Assembly: GCA_013239625.1 (NCBI GenBank) | Contig: MU053645.1 | Location: 310,001-374,000, forward strand | Length of the DNA stretch: 64,000 nucleotides | Direction: 5' to 3' | Source: Lama guanicoe | Taxonomy: Eukaryota | In this document: piece by piece, positions 10,813-22,589 of the stretch | How the letters are laid out: the number at the start of each line of letters is the position of its first letter | How positions within the stretch are numbered: position 1 is the stretch's first letter | Notes under the pieces: model-generated | What the model was told of the DNA's origin: nothing | The model's database searches: none | The model's input: the letters and a program-made list of their open reading frames with translations, nothing else | Made by a program: the position numbers and the translations under genes

Positions 10813-13800
10813 CTATTTCTTGGCTATTGTAAATAATGCTGCAATGAACATAAGGGTGCATATGTATTTTCTAATTAGTGTTTTTATTTTCTTGTGATAA
10901 ATGCCCAGAAATGGAGTTAAAGGATAATATGGTAGTTCTATTTTTAATTTTATGAGAACATCCATACTCTTTTTCATAGTGGTTGCAGCAACTTTCATTC
11001 CTACCACAGTGGACAAGGGTTCCTTCATCTTTCGCAACATTTGTTAATTCTAGTCTTTTTGATAATAGCCATTCTGACAGGTGTGAAGTGATATCTCATG
11101 GTGGTTTTGATTTGCATTTCCCTGATTTATGATGCTTGGCATATTTTCATGTACCTGTTTTCCATCTGTATGTCTTCTCTGGAAAAATGTATATATAGAT
11201 CTTCTGCCCATCTTTAATTACATTTTTTTTTGACATTGAGTTGTATGAGTTCTTTATGTATTTTGGATATTATCATCTTAGCAGATATATGATTTGCAAC
11301 TATTTTCTCCCATTCCATAGGCTGCCTTTTCATTTTATTGATGGTTTACTATGCTCTGCAAAAGCTTTTTAGTTTTATATAATCCCATTTGTTTATTTTT
11401 GCTTTTGTTTCCTTTGCAAGGAGACAGATTCAAAAAACTCTTGCTAAGACTGATGTCAACGAGCACATTGCCTATGTCTTTTTCAAGGAGTCTTAAAGTT
11501 TCAGGTCTTATATTTAAGTCTTTAATCTTTTTTTTTTAAATAGGGGATAAGGAAGTGGTCCACTTTCATTCTTTTGCATGTAGATGTCCAGTTTTCCCAG
11601 CACTGTTTATTGAAGAGACTGTCTTTTCCCCACTGTATATTCATGACCCCTTTGTCATAAATTAATTAATCATATTATCATAGACTTATTTCTGGGCTCT
11701 CTGTCCTGTTTCATTGATCTATGTATTTGTTTTTGTTTTGGTACCAGTACCATACCATTTTGATCATTATAGCTTTGTAGTGAAGTTTGAAATCAGGGAA
11801 CATAAAACCTCCAGCTTTGTTCTTCTTCTTAAGATTGCATTGGCTATTCAGGGCTTTTTGTGATTCCATACAAATTTTAAGATAGTTTATTCCAATTCTC
11901 TAAAAAATGCCATTGGGATTTTGATAGAGATTGCATTGAATGTGTAGATTGCTTTGCATAGTATGAACATTTTAACAATATTAATTCCTAAATTCCTTGA
12001 GCACAAATGTGTCAAATAAATATTACTTCCTAAAATCCTTGAGCACAAATGTTTCAAATAAATGACACATTTATTTGTGTCATTTTCAATTTCTTTCATC
12101 AATGTCCTATATTTTCCAGAGTACGTCTTTCATCTCTTAGGTTTAAATTTATTCCTAGATATTTTATTCTTTTTGATGCAATTGTAAATGGGATTGTTTT
12201 TTCTCTTTATGATAGTTTCTTATCAGTGTATAGAAATGCAGCAGATTTCTGTATATTGATTTTGTAACTACAGCTTTATTGAATTTATTTATTTTTGGTG
12301 CAGTCTTTAGAATTTACTTATATAGTATCATGTCATATACAAATAATGGCAGTTTTACTTCTTCCTTTCCAATTTGGATGGCTTTATATCTTCTCTTTTG
12401 TTTAAGTACTATGGCTAGGACTTCAAATAGTATGTTGAATAAAATTGGCAAAAATATGAATCCTTGATTTGTTGCTGATTTTAGAGGAAAAGTTTTCAGC
12501 TTGTCATGTTGAGTATTACATTAGCTGTGGATTTGCCATATATGTATGGCCTTTACTATGTTGAAGGATGTTCCCCCTGTACCCATTTTGTTGAGAGTTT
12601 TTAACATAAATGGATGTTGAATTTTTTCAAATGCTTTTTCTGCATCTATTGAGGTGATCATTTTTATACATAGTTTGTTAACATGATGTATCATGTTCAT
12701 TGATTTTGGATGTTGAAACATCTTTGTATCCCTGGAATAAATCCCATTTGAACATGGTGTATGATCCTTTTAGTGTATTGTAGAATTTGCTTTGCTAATA
12801 ATTTGTTGAGGACTTTTGCATCTATGTTCATCAGGGCTATTTGCCTATAATTTTCTTTTTTTTGTAATGTTTTTTCTGGCTTTTGTATCAGGGTAATGCT
12901 AGCCTCATAGAACAAGTTTGGAGACATTTCTTCGTGTTTATTTTTTGGAATAATTTGAGGACAAGTATTAACTCTTTAAATATTTGGTAGAATTGATATG
13001 TGATGCCATCTGTCTCTGGACTTTTGTTTTTGGGGAGCTTTTAAATTACTGATTCAATTTCATTACTAGTTATCAGTCTGTTCATATTTTCTATTTCTTC
13101 CTGATTCAGTCTTAGAAGATTTTATGTTTCTAGGAATTTATCTATTTATTCTTGGTTGTCCAATTTGTTAGTGTATAATGTTCATAGTTACCTCTTATGA
13201 CATAGTTACCTCTTGGTTTTTCTGTGATGTCTGTTACAACTTCTCCTTTCTCATTTCTGATTTCATTTATTTGGGACCTTTCTCTTTTCCTCTTGATGAG
13301 TCTGGCTAAAGGTTTATCAATTTTGTTTATCTTTTCAAGAAGCAGCCCAGAGTTTCACTGATCTTTTCTATAGTTTTTTTAAAATCTCTATTTTATTTAT
13401 TTCCACTCTGATATTTTTATTTCCTTCCTTATATTAACTTTGGGTTTTGTTTGTTCTTTTTTCCTAGTTCCTTTAAATGTAAACTTAGATTATTTATTTG
13501 AGATTTTTTCTCATTTCCTGAGGTAGGCCTATATCACCATAAACTTCCCTCTTAGAATTGTTTTTGCTCTCTGTCCCATAGCTTTTGGAACATTGCATTT
13601 CCATTTTCATTTGTCTCTAGGTATTTATTGATTTCCTCTTTGATTTCTTCAATGACACATTGGATGTTTAGTAGCATGCTGTTTAGACTCCAGGTATTTG
13701 TGCGTTTTGCATAGTTTTTTTTTTCTTGTAGTTGATTTCTAGTCTTATACTGTCAGAAAAGTTGCTTGATATGATTTCAATATTCTTAAATTTGTTGAGA

Positions 13801-14420
13801 CTTGTTTTGTGGCCTTATGTGTACTTGAAAAGAATGTGTATTCTTCCTTTTTTGGGTGGAACATTTTATATATATTTATTAAGTTTATCTAGTCTAATAT
13901 ATCATTCAAGGCCAATGTTTCCTTATTGATATTCTGTCTGGACAATCTATTCTTTGATGCTTTTTAAGTGGGGTGCTAAATTTCTTGAACTTTATTGTAT
14001 TACTGTAAATTTCTCTTTTTGTATTTGCTTTATGTATTTCAGTGCTCCTATGTTGGGTGCATAGATATTTACAAGTGTTACATCCTCTTGTTAGATTGAT
14101 AATGTTATCATTATGTAATGTCCTTCTTTGTCTCTTGTTACAGTCTTTGTTTTAAGAACCATTTTGTCTGATGTGAGTATTGCTACCCCAGTTTTTTTTT
14201 TTTTTTGGTTTCCATTTGCATTGGATATCTTTTTTCATCCCTGCACTTTCAGTATGCTTGTGTCTTTAGCTCTGAAGTGAGTTTCTCTTAGGCAGCATAT
14301 ATACGGGTCTTGCTTTTTAATCCATTCAGCCACCTTATGTCTTTTGATTGGGGCATTTAGTCTATTTACATTTAAAGTAATCATTGATAGACATGCACTT
14401 ACTGACATTTTGTTAACCAT
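10813..14420 (-). pseudogene. Disrupted L1 ORF2 (endonuclease, reverse transcriptase)
   Basis: Fragments ITLNVNRLNAPIKRHKVAEWIKKQDPYICCLRETHF (EN), [27 protein letters not shown] and [15 protein letters not shown] (RT), MFIAALFTIAK (C-terminus); many stops and frameshifts. Confidence 0.9.
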
Positions 14421-14828
14421 TTTCTGGTTGTTTTTGTGTTTCTTCTTGTTTTTGTAGTTCTCTGTTTCTTTCTTCTCTCATTCTCTTCCCTTGTGATTCG
14501 TTGACTTTCTTTAGTGTTATGTTTATTTTCCTTTCTTTTTATTTTTTTTGCATATCTGTTATACATTTTTGGTTTGTTGTTACCATGAGGTTCATATATA
14601 ACGATCTATATATATAGCAGTCTACTGTAATTTGATGGTTGCTAAAGTTCTAGCACATTTTAAAAGTACTACATGTTTACTCTACCCTCATGTTTTATGT
14701 TTTTGACATCATACTTTACATCTTCTATTATTGTGTATTGTTTAAGTAATTATTTTAGATACAGATGATTTTACTACTTTTGTCTTTTAACTTACATTCT
14801 AACTTTATAGGTGATTCATCCATTACTT

Positions 14829-15750
14829 TCACAATGCATTTGCCTTTACCAGTGAGATTTTTTCTTTCATAATTTTCTTGTTTCTAGATATGGCCTTTTC
14901 TTTTCTTTTTTGTTTAAATAAGTCCCTATAATGTTTCTTGTAAGGCCAGATTAATGGTGATAGACTCCTTAACTTTTGCTTATCTGGGAAACCCCTGATC
15001 TCTCCTTCAATTCTGAACAATTTTGCTGAGTAGAGTATTCTTGGTTGTAAGGTTTTCTTTTTTTTCCTTTCAGCACTTTGAATATATTGTGCCAATCCCT
15101 TCTGTCTTGTTAATTTTCTGCTGAAAAATCAACTGGTAGTCTTCTAGGGGTTCCCTTGTATGTAAATACTTATTTTTCTCTTGCTGTTTTTAGTATTATC
15201 TTTTTAATTTCTGACATTTTAATTATAATTTGTCTTGATCTGAGTCTCTTTGTATTCATCTTATTTGAGACTCTTTGTGCTTCCCGGACTTGGATCTCTG
15301 TTTTCTTCACCATGTTAGGGAAGTTTTCAGCCATTATTTCTTCAGATTGGTTTTCTATATCTTTCTTTCTCTCTTTTCCTTACTGGACCCTTATAATGTG
15401 AATATTAGTATGCTTGCTATTGTTCCAGAGATCCCTTAAACTATCTTAATTTCTTAAAAGTCTTTTTTTTCTTTTTCCTATTCTGATTGGGTGATTTCTA
15501 CTACCATGCATACCAGATCACTGATCCACTCTTTTGCTTACTCTAATCTGCTGTTGATTCCTTCTATTGTATTTTTCACTTCAGTTATTGTTTTCTTCAG
15601 TCCCAATTGGTTCTTTTTATATTTTATATCTCTTCATTGAAGTTCTCACTGAGTCATCCATTCTTCTCCTGAGATGGGTGAACATGTTTATGACTATTAC
15701 TTGAACTATTTTCCTGGTAAATTGCTTACCTCTCTTTCAGTTAGTTCTGT
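14829..15750 (-). pseudogene. Disrupted L1 ORF1
   Basis: LQPRILYSAKLFRIEGEIRGFPDKQKL matches the ORF1p C-terminal domain; upstream boundary approximate. Confidence 0.8.
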
Positions 15751-16997
15751 TTTATGAGGCTTTGTCTTGTTCTTTTGTTTGGAAGGTGTTCTTTTGTCTA
15801 TTCATTCACCTAACTCTACATGCTTGTTTCTATGTGTTAGGTATATCAGCTATGTCTCACCATCTTGAAACAGTGATATTATGTGGAAGATGTCCTGTGG
15901 GGCCCAGTGGTACAGTCCCCCCGGTCACCAAAGCCAGGTGCTCCAGGTGTGTTATGGTTGGGCTCTGATTACTGAATGTGCACTGGTTGGCAGGGTTGGT
16001 TCCCAGACTGGCTGATTGTGTATCTTGGCTGAGACCTCTGTGGGTGTACTGGCATATGGGGCTGGTCCCAACTGCTGGCTATGTGGTTTGGTCATGACTA
16101 CTGTTGGCATGCTGATGTATGGAGTTGGCCTTCTGGAGTGAGAGCTTGTTTGGAGAAGCACTGATGCTGGCGAGACCACCTGTTGAGTGAAGTGAGGTAT
16201 TAGTGACCTTGGAGGGGCACTGGTAGTAGCCAAGGTGGTCCACTGGGTGGGGCAGGGCAGAGCTGCTTTGGAAGGGCCATGGGGAGGGGTCACGGTGTTA
16301 AGCAAGGTTGGTGGAGAGTGACAGAAATGGAATCCATCACTGCTGAGCCAACTAGGTGGAAGGAGGTTTTTTTTAAATGGCACCTATTCACACTTCCATC
16401 CCCAGAGAAAGTTCCACTGGATTCCTTTCTCTTCTAGCACATGCCCTGACACATTGACAATTAGTCAATGAATCTCCTCCTCATTTGATGCAAGAACTCT
16501 TCAAACTGCTACCTCTGCAGTTGGGCCTTAGAGTGAGTGAGTTTGTACATGAACCTTTCAAGAGTTGAGTCTTTGTTTCCCACAGCCCTCTGGCTCTTCT
16601 GGACATATACCTGGCTGTTTTTCAAAGCCAGACATTATGGGGCCTTATCTTCCCAATGCAGTTCCCTGGGCTGGAGAGTCTGAGATGGGGGTCAGACCCC
16701 TTGCTACTTAGAATAGACCTTTGTGATTGTGCTATCCCTCCTGCTTTCAGGTTGCTGTACTGGAAATGTGGGTTCTGACTAGACTGCATCTCTGCCTCTT
16801 TTACTCTTCTTCATATGGCCTTTTGTTGTTGTTGTTTATGTCCTTTGCTGTAGAAAATCTGTTCTGCTTGTCTTAAGGTCATTCTCAGACATAGTTCTAC
16901 AAGTAGTTGTAGTTTTGGTGCATCCATGGGAGGAGGTGACCTAAGTAAGGCTTTTCCTACTGCACCATTTTGATCCAGACCAACAAAAGCTATTTTA

Positions 16998-17450
16998 AAT
17001 AAAATTGTAATCTCCTGAATATATTACCTTGAAACATGCTTTTTTCAGTTAACAATTTTCATAGCTATCTCCCTGGTCAATGTGCAAAGATTCAGCCCAT
17101 TGTTTTATATAGCTATGTAATATCCCATAGGATAAATCTATCACAATTTATTCAACCTATTGGTGGACTTTCATGTAATTTTCAGATTTTATTTCTTTAT
17201 AAATAATCCTTCAATAAATATCATTATAGATATATCTTATTTGCTGATGCTTATATTATCTAGTAGATTTATAAAACTGAAATTTCTGTCTCAAAGATTG
17301 TGTGTATTTAAAAATTTTAATAACCATTGTCACATTGCTTTCCAAATGTTTGGAAGTGAACACATTCCTACCAGCAGTTTACAAGGGTTCTCATTTTTCT
17401 ACACTTTTGCTCCAATAGATGATTCCAATATTTTTTCCTTTCTGTTCTTT
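16998..17450 (-). mobile_element. Old L1ME-like fragment, probable host of the full-length L1 (continues at about 9930-10115)
   Basis: aatctatcacaatttattcaacc...cacattgctttccaaa...acattcctaccagcagttt resembles old L1 3' regions. Confidence 0.55.
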
Positions 17451-17602
17451 GTGTTGTAAAATATCAATGGTTTTTCCATGCTACTTGGTTCATGACAAAC
17501 TATAAGCATACAAATGTTCATGTATATCAATAATTCTTCTGATTTTAAAACAAATATAATGCATTTATGTATATTTCACATAAAAAAGAGGTATATGTTA
17601 TT

Positions 17603-17710
17603 ATTATTTTTTTATTGAAGTATAGTCAGTTACAATGTGTCAATTTCTTGTGTACAGCATAATGTCCCAGTCATTCATATATATACATATATTTGTTTTC
17701 ACATTCTATT
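17603..17710 (-). mobile_element. Very short (108 bp) young L1 3' end with 17-bp TSD
   Basis: Perfect direct repeat AAGAGGTATATGTTATT at 17586-17602 and 17711-17727; body ttattgaagtatagtcagttacaatgtgtc. Confidence 0.9.
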
Positions 17711-18433
17711 AAGAGGTATATGTTATTCAACTCTATGTGCCTAAATTATTTTGTGGGACCTTGATTTTTTAAATTAAGACTTTACATTTTTCGAGTAGTT
17801 TTATGTTCACAGCAAAATTGAGGGGAGGGTACAGAGTTTTTCCAGGACCCCTGCCCCTACACATGTATAGTCTCCCCTGTTATCAACATCTCCCACTGGA
17901 GTGGTGTATTTATTACAGTTGAAAAATGTACACTGTCACATCATAATCGCTGAAGTCCATAGTTTATATTGGGGTTCATTCTTGGTGTTGTATGTTCTAT
18001 GGATTTGGATAAATTTATAATGAAATGTATCAATCATTATGGTATCATACAGAGCATTTTCACAGCCCTAAAATTCCTCTGTGCTTCACTTACTTATCTC
18101 TCTGTCACCAACCACTTGCAACCACTGATCTTACTATTGACAAACTTTTACCTTTTCTAGTAAAGGTAAAATCATATAGTTGGAATTATACAGTATATAG
18201 TCCTTTCAGATTGGCTTTTTCTCTTAGTAATATGCCCTTAAAGTTCCTCTATGTCTTTTCACAGCTTGATATCTCATTTATTTTTAATGTTGAATAATGT
18301 TCCACTGTCTGAATTTACTACCATTTATTTGCCCATTCACCTACTGAAGGAAACCTCAGTTGCTCTTAAGTTTTAGAAATTATGAATAAAGTTGCTATAA
18401 ACATCTGTATGCAGGTTTTTGTGTGGACATAGA

Positions 18434-18964
18434 TTTTTTAATTGAAATATAGTCAGTTTACAATGCTGTGTCAGTTTCTGGTGTACGGCATGTTTCAGTC
18501 GTACATATACATACATATATTCCTTTTCATATTCTTTTTCATTATAGGTTACAAGATATTGAATATAGTGTGCTATACAGAAGAAATCTACTGTTTATCT
18601 ATTTTATATATAGTAGCTAGTGTCTGCATATCTTGAACTCCCAATTTATCCCTTCCCACCCCCTTCTCCCCCAAGTAACCATAAGTTTATTTACTATGCC
18701 TTTGAGTCTGTTTCTGTTTTGTAAATAAATTCATTTGTGTCTCTCTTTTTTTTACAATTTCACATGTAAGTGATATCATATGGTATTTTTTTTCTCTTTC
18801 TGGCTTACTTTACATAGAATGACAATCTCCAGGGCCAACCGTGTTGCTGCAAATGGCATTATTTTATTCTTTTTTACAGCTGAGTAGTATTCCATTTTAT
18901 AAATATACCAAAGCTTCTTTATCCAGTCATCTGTCAATGGACATTTAAGGTTGTTTCCATGTCT
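18434..18964 (-). mobile_element. Young L1 3' fragment (~530 bp)
   Basis: attgaaatatagtcagtttacaatgctgtgtc... to tggacatttaaggttgtttccatgtc; same family as 9147 and 17603. Confidence 0.85.
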
Positions 18965-19292
18965 TTTTTTTACTTTTTTTAAAATTGAAGTATAGTCAGT
19001 TTACAAGGTTGTGTCAATTTCTGGTGTACAGCATAATGCTTCAGTCATACATGAATATACATGTATTTGTTTTCATATTCTTTTTCACCATAAGCTACTA
19101 TAAGATATTGAATATAGTTCCCTGTGCTATACAGTACAAACTTGTTTATCTACTTTATATATACCAGTCAGTATCTGCAAATCTCGAACTCCCAATTTAT
19201 CCCATCCCACCCCATTCCCCCCTGGTAACCATGAGTTTATTTTCTATGTCTGTGAATCTGTTTTCTGTTTTCTAAGTAAGTGCATTTGTCTG
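18965..19292 (-). mobile_element. Young L1 3' fragment (~330 bp) directly abutting the previous copy
   Basis: Second poly-T followed by attgaagtatagtcagtttacaaggttgtgtcaatttctggtgtacagc. Confidence 0.85.
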
Positions 19293-20128
19293 TATGTGTG
19301 GAGGTCCAACTATTCTAGCACCATTTGCTGAAAAGACTATTTTTGGTCTATTGTATTGCCCTTAGTCCTTTACCAAGAATTGGTTGACTATATTTATGGG
19401 AGTTTATTTTTTTAAGCTTTGTATTCTGTTCCATTGATTTATTTGTCTGTTCTTTCACTAATATCACATTGTCTTGATTACTGTAGCTTTATGTTAAATC
19501 TTAAAGTCTGATATTGTCAGTCTTCCAACTTTGTTCTTCTCCTTCAATATTGCATTGGTTATTATGGGTCTTTTGCCTCTCCATATACACTTTAAAATTA
19601 ATTTACCAATATTCACCAAGTAACTTGCTGGGATCTTGATTCAAAATGCATGGAAGCTACAGATCAAGTTTGGAAGAACAGACATCTTGACAATATTGAG
19701 TCTTTCTATCCATGAACATGGACTATCTCTACATTTATTTAGTTCTTTGATTTCTTTTATCAAATTTATGTAGTTTTTCTCATGTAGATCTTGTACATTT
19801 TTTGAGGTTTATACCTAAGTATTTAATGTGGGGGAATTCTAATGTAAATGATATTGTGTTTTAAATTTCAAATTCCACTTGCCCATTGCTGGTATATAGG
19901 AAAGTGATTGACTTTGCATATTAACCTTGTGTCCTCCATCCTGGTTATAATTGCTTATTAGTTCTAGATGCCTCTCTGTTAATTCTTTCAGATTTTCTAC
20001 TTAGGCAATTATGTCTTTTTCAAAAAAGACTGTATTAATTTTTCTTTCCCATTTTATATACCCTTTATTTCCTTTTTTTTTGTCCTATTACATTAGTTAG
20101 GACTTCCAGTATGATGTTGAAAAGGAGT

Positions 20129-20475
20129 ATTACAGTTAGGCTATTCAAGATGGCTGTTCTCTTGCTCTCTGGACATCCCCTGCTTGACCAGGCCCTGCTT
20201 CTTTTACATGACTATCCAATCATCTTAATTAGAGGACTTAATTGGTAACTGACTATGTACTTGCCTCCTGCCTCAGATGCTGGTTTCCCTGGTAAGTGAT
20301 GACCAACCTGACATCAATTCCACTTACAAATGGTAGCTTCTTTCTTCCCCAAATAACAAAGATTGATGCCATGGCCTGCCAATTAACCATTGATGTCTCT
20401 GTCACTGTCTCCTGGCTCTTTCCTCAGTGTAAAGTCTGGGCAACTACAAGGCTTGCAGACCCTTGCAGCCCAACA
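20129..20475 (+). repeat. ERV 5' LTR (about 70 bp shorter than the 3' LTR)
   Basis: Shares blocks with the 3' LTR: tcaagat, cttgctct, catgactat, tcttaatta, ctgcctcag, tgctggtttccctggtaa, aaatggtagc, ctgggcaact, tgcagccca.ca. Confidence 0.88.
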
Positions 20476-20477
20476 AT

Positions 20478-20495
20478 TGGTGAGGCAGCCAGGAG
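20478..20495 (+). other. Primer-binding site complementary to tRNA-Arg(ACG)
   Basis: TGGTGAGGCAGCCAGGAG vs expected TGGCGAGCCAGCCAGGAG (16/18), 2 nt after the LTR end. Confidence 0.8.
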
Positions 20496-22171
20496 GCCAA
20501 GGAAACTCCCAGGAGTGCTGAAATGTCAGGAAATAAGGACAGGGAGTGGAAAGTTGTGGGGGTAATCCCAAGGTGGCTGTCCACTAGCATGTGGGGACCT
20601 GGGGCAGCTGGCTATCATGATATATATCTTTCTCTTCCATTAATTGATGATATCTTGTTGACCTCAAAGTCTCCTTCCAGTTTAAAAGTATCAGCCCTGT
20701 GCTTGTGGTTCCTCTGACTGCATGAAGATGGCTGGTGACTATAGACAAAACACAAGGACTTGAATTATGCACAAAATTAAAGCATATCCCAAACCTGCCA
20801 CCCCTAAACAATTACAGACACAGGCTTTAGGGATATTAACTTAGAGACAGGCTTGTGAATTGAATGTGGCCAGTTATTTGGAAGGGTTTGTTTGGAGTTT
20901 ATGGCAACTACAAAATAATAAAAGAATACCCTTGGGCTTCTGGTCCTAGCCATGGAAGGAAGCAGAGCAATTATATAGTGTGATGGAACAATAGCTATAT
21001 GCAGGCTACAGTGAGTTACAACTGGTGGAAGACATTACAAAAGGCCTATCCAAGTCGTTGAGCAATGCAAAACAAACAAACAAACAAACAAACCACGATT
21101 GGGGTCTGGAACAGCTGTGTGTGACACACAAGACCCCCATGGCTATCAATAGCAACCAAAGAATCCACTTTACTGGCTATGAAATTCAGGAATGGGCCAA
21201 TAAAAATGACATACACTGGCATTTCCACCTGCCCTACAACCCCACTGCTGCTGGGCTAAGTGAGGGGATGAATCAACAACAATCGACTTAACAACAATTG
21301 AGACAGGAAACGCAGTCTCTCAACATGTGGACCAGGAGGCTAACTCAAGCCCTAAGAACTATAGCTGAACATTCCAGGAGCAAATGTCCCACTGCTTATG
21401 CCTTGTTAACTCAGAGACAACTAGTCAACACCATCTGAGTTCAACTGTTTACCACCAAAGTATCGTTACTAACTATCAGTCAGGACAATAACTTACTTTT
21501 GCCCTTGCTACAGGATCGATCCCCAGGGAAACATGAAATGCCCTAGGGCTGGCAAGGAAGTTCCTGGTGGTTTGAGTTTGCTGCCCTGTGGGGAATAGCA
21601 TTAGAGAGGGATTTATAGATTACACCTGCCTTCTACCTGGCCCCACCTAAGACTACTCAAGTAATTAATCCGGGCCCCCTACTGGAGAAAGGCACCATTA
21701 TATTAACTTTGTTTTTACAGTGCCTCTTCAGTATTTGACACTGGCTGTGGGGACTGAGGGTGGACCAGCAGTATGGTACTGCAGGCTAGGACAAAAACCA
21801 CAGACAGGAGTGGTATTCGCAGAATGCTGTTGCTGCTTGTATTTTGCTTAATGGTCACCAGATTCCCTGTATTGTGCCTATAAAAATTTTACATTTTATC
21901 CCTAGTCTGAGTGGAGGGAATCTGTTCATGGACTGGGAAACAATGAGTTTGGTGGGTTTACAGTGAGATGTCATCATTGTCCTCCTCTGGATTTTGATGA
22001 AAAGCTGACCCAATAAGCACCTGGCTCACAAACTTTGCCCACTTCTGGGACTCTTGGTACTCTTTAGCTGTTGTCTGCGTTGTACTTGTGGTATTTGGTT
22101 GCAGTGCACCTTTACATACCTGACCCCAGGGACAAGACTGTAAGAGTCATGCAGGTTATGTAGGGGTGGAG

Positions 22172-22589
22172 TCTACGATCATTCCACTCAAGATCACTGT
22201 TCCCTTGCTCTTTGTACATCTGCTCAACCAGTCCCTGTTTCTCACATGACTATTTAATCCTCTTAATTACAGGGCTTAATTAGTAAGGGTCTACTACTTG
22301 CCCCCTGCCTCAGCTGCTGGTTTCCCTGGTAACTGATGAACCAGCCTGACGTTAATTCCTCCTATAAATGGTAGCCTCCTTCTCCTTTTGAATAGTAAAG
22401 ATGGCTGTTATGTCCTCCCTGCTGTCCCCTATCCATGGTGGGGTGTTGCTCCAGGACCTTTGTTTTGTATGTGTAAGATCCTCTGTCCAATAAACCACTG
22501 ATATCTTTATTTCTCTCTATAGGCTCTTTGCTTGGTCTTAAGACTGGGCAACTGACAAAGTTTGCAGGCCCAAGGAGTGCAGCCCAGCA
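22172..22589 (+). repeat. ERV 3' LTR with intact TATA box and poly(A) signal
   Basis: Follows the PPT; TATAAA at 22363-22368, AATAAA at 22489-22494, ends ...gcagcccagCA. Confidence 0.88.

Larger units (their letters stand above)
10132..16981 (-). mobile_element. Full-length (~6.85 kb) decayed L1, L1MA9-like/laurasiatherian, with 16-bp TSD
   Basis: TSD AACAAAGGCTATTTTA (10116-10131) vs AACAAAAGCTATTTTA (16982-16997), one mismatch. T-rich tail at left. 5' end reads GATCAAAATGGTGCAGTAGGAA...CACCTCCTCCCA on minus. ORF1 and ORF2 remnants occur in the expected order. Confidence 0.9.
20129..22589 (+). mobile_element. Internally deleted class III (ERVL-type) endogenous retrovirus with both LTRs
   Basis: Two homologous LTRs, PBS, and PPT AGGGGTGGAG (22162-22171). 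pol remnants: LIDDILLTS (RT, ~20640), PLGFWS...YSVMEQ (RNase H, ~20930-20990), INSNQRIHFTG..IQEWANKNDIHWHFHLPYNPTAAGLSEGMN (integrase core, ~21145-21273). Degenerate TSD GAGT/GAAT. Confidence 0.9.

Noticed and set aside
15952..16383. 143-aa minus-strand ORF
   Set aside because: Lies in the L1 5'UTR; no domain resemblance.
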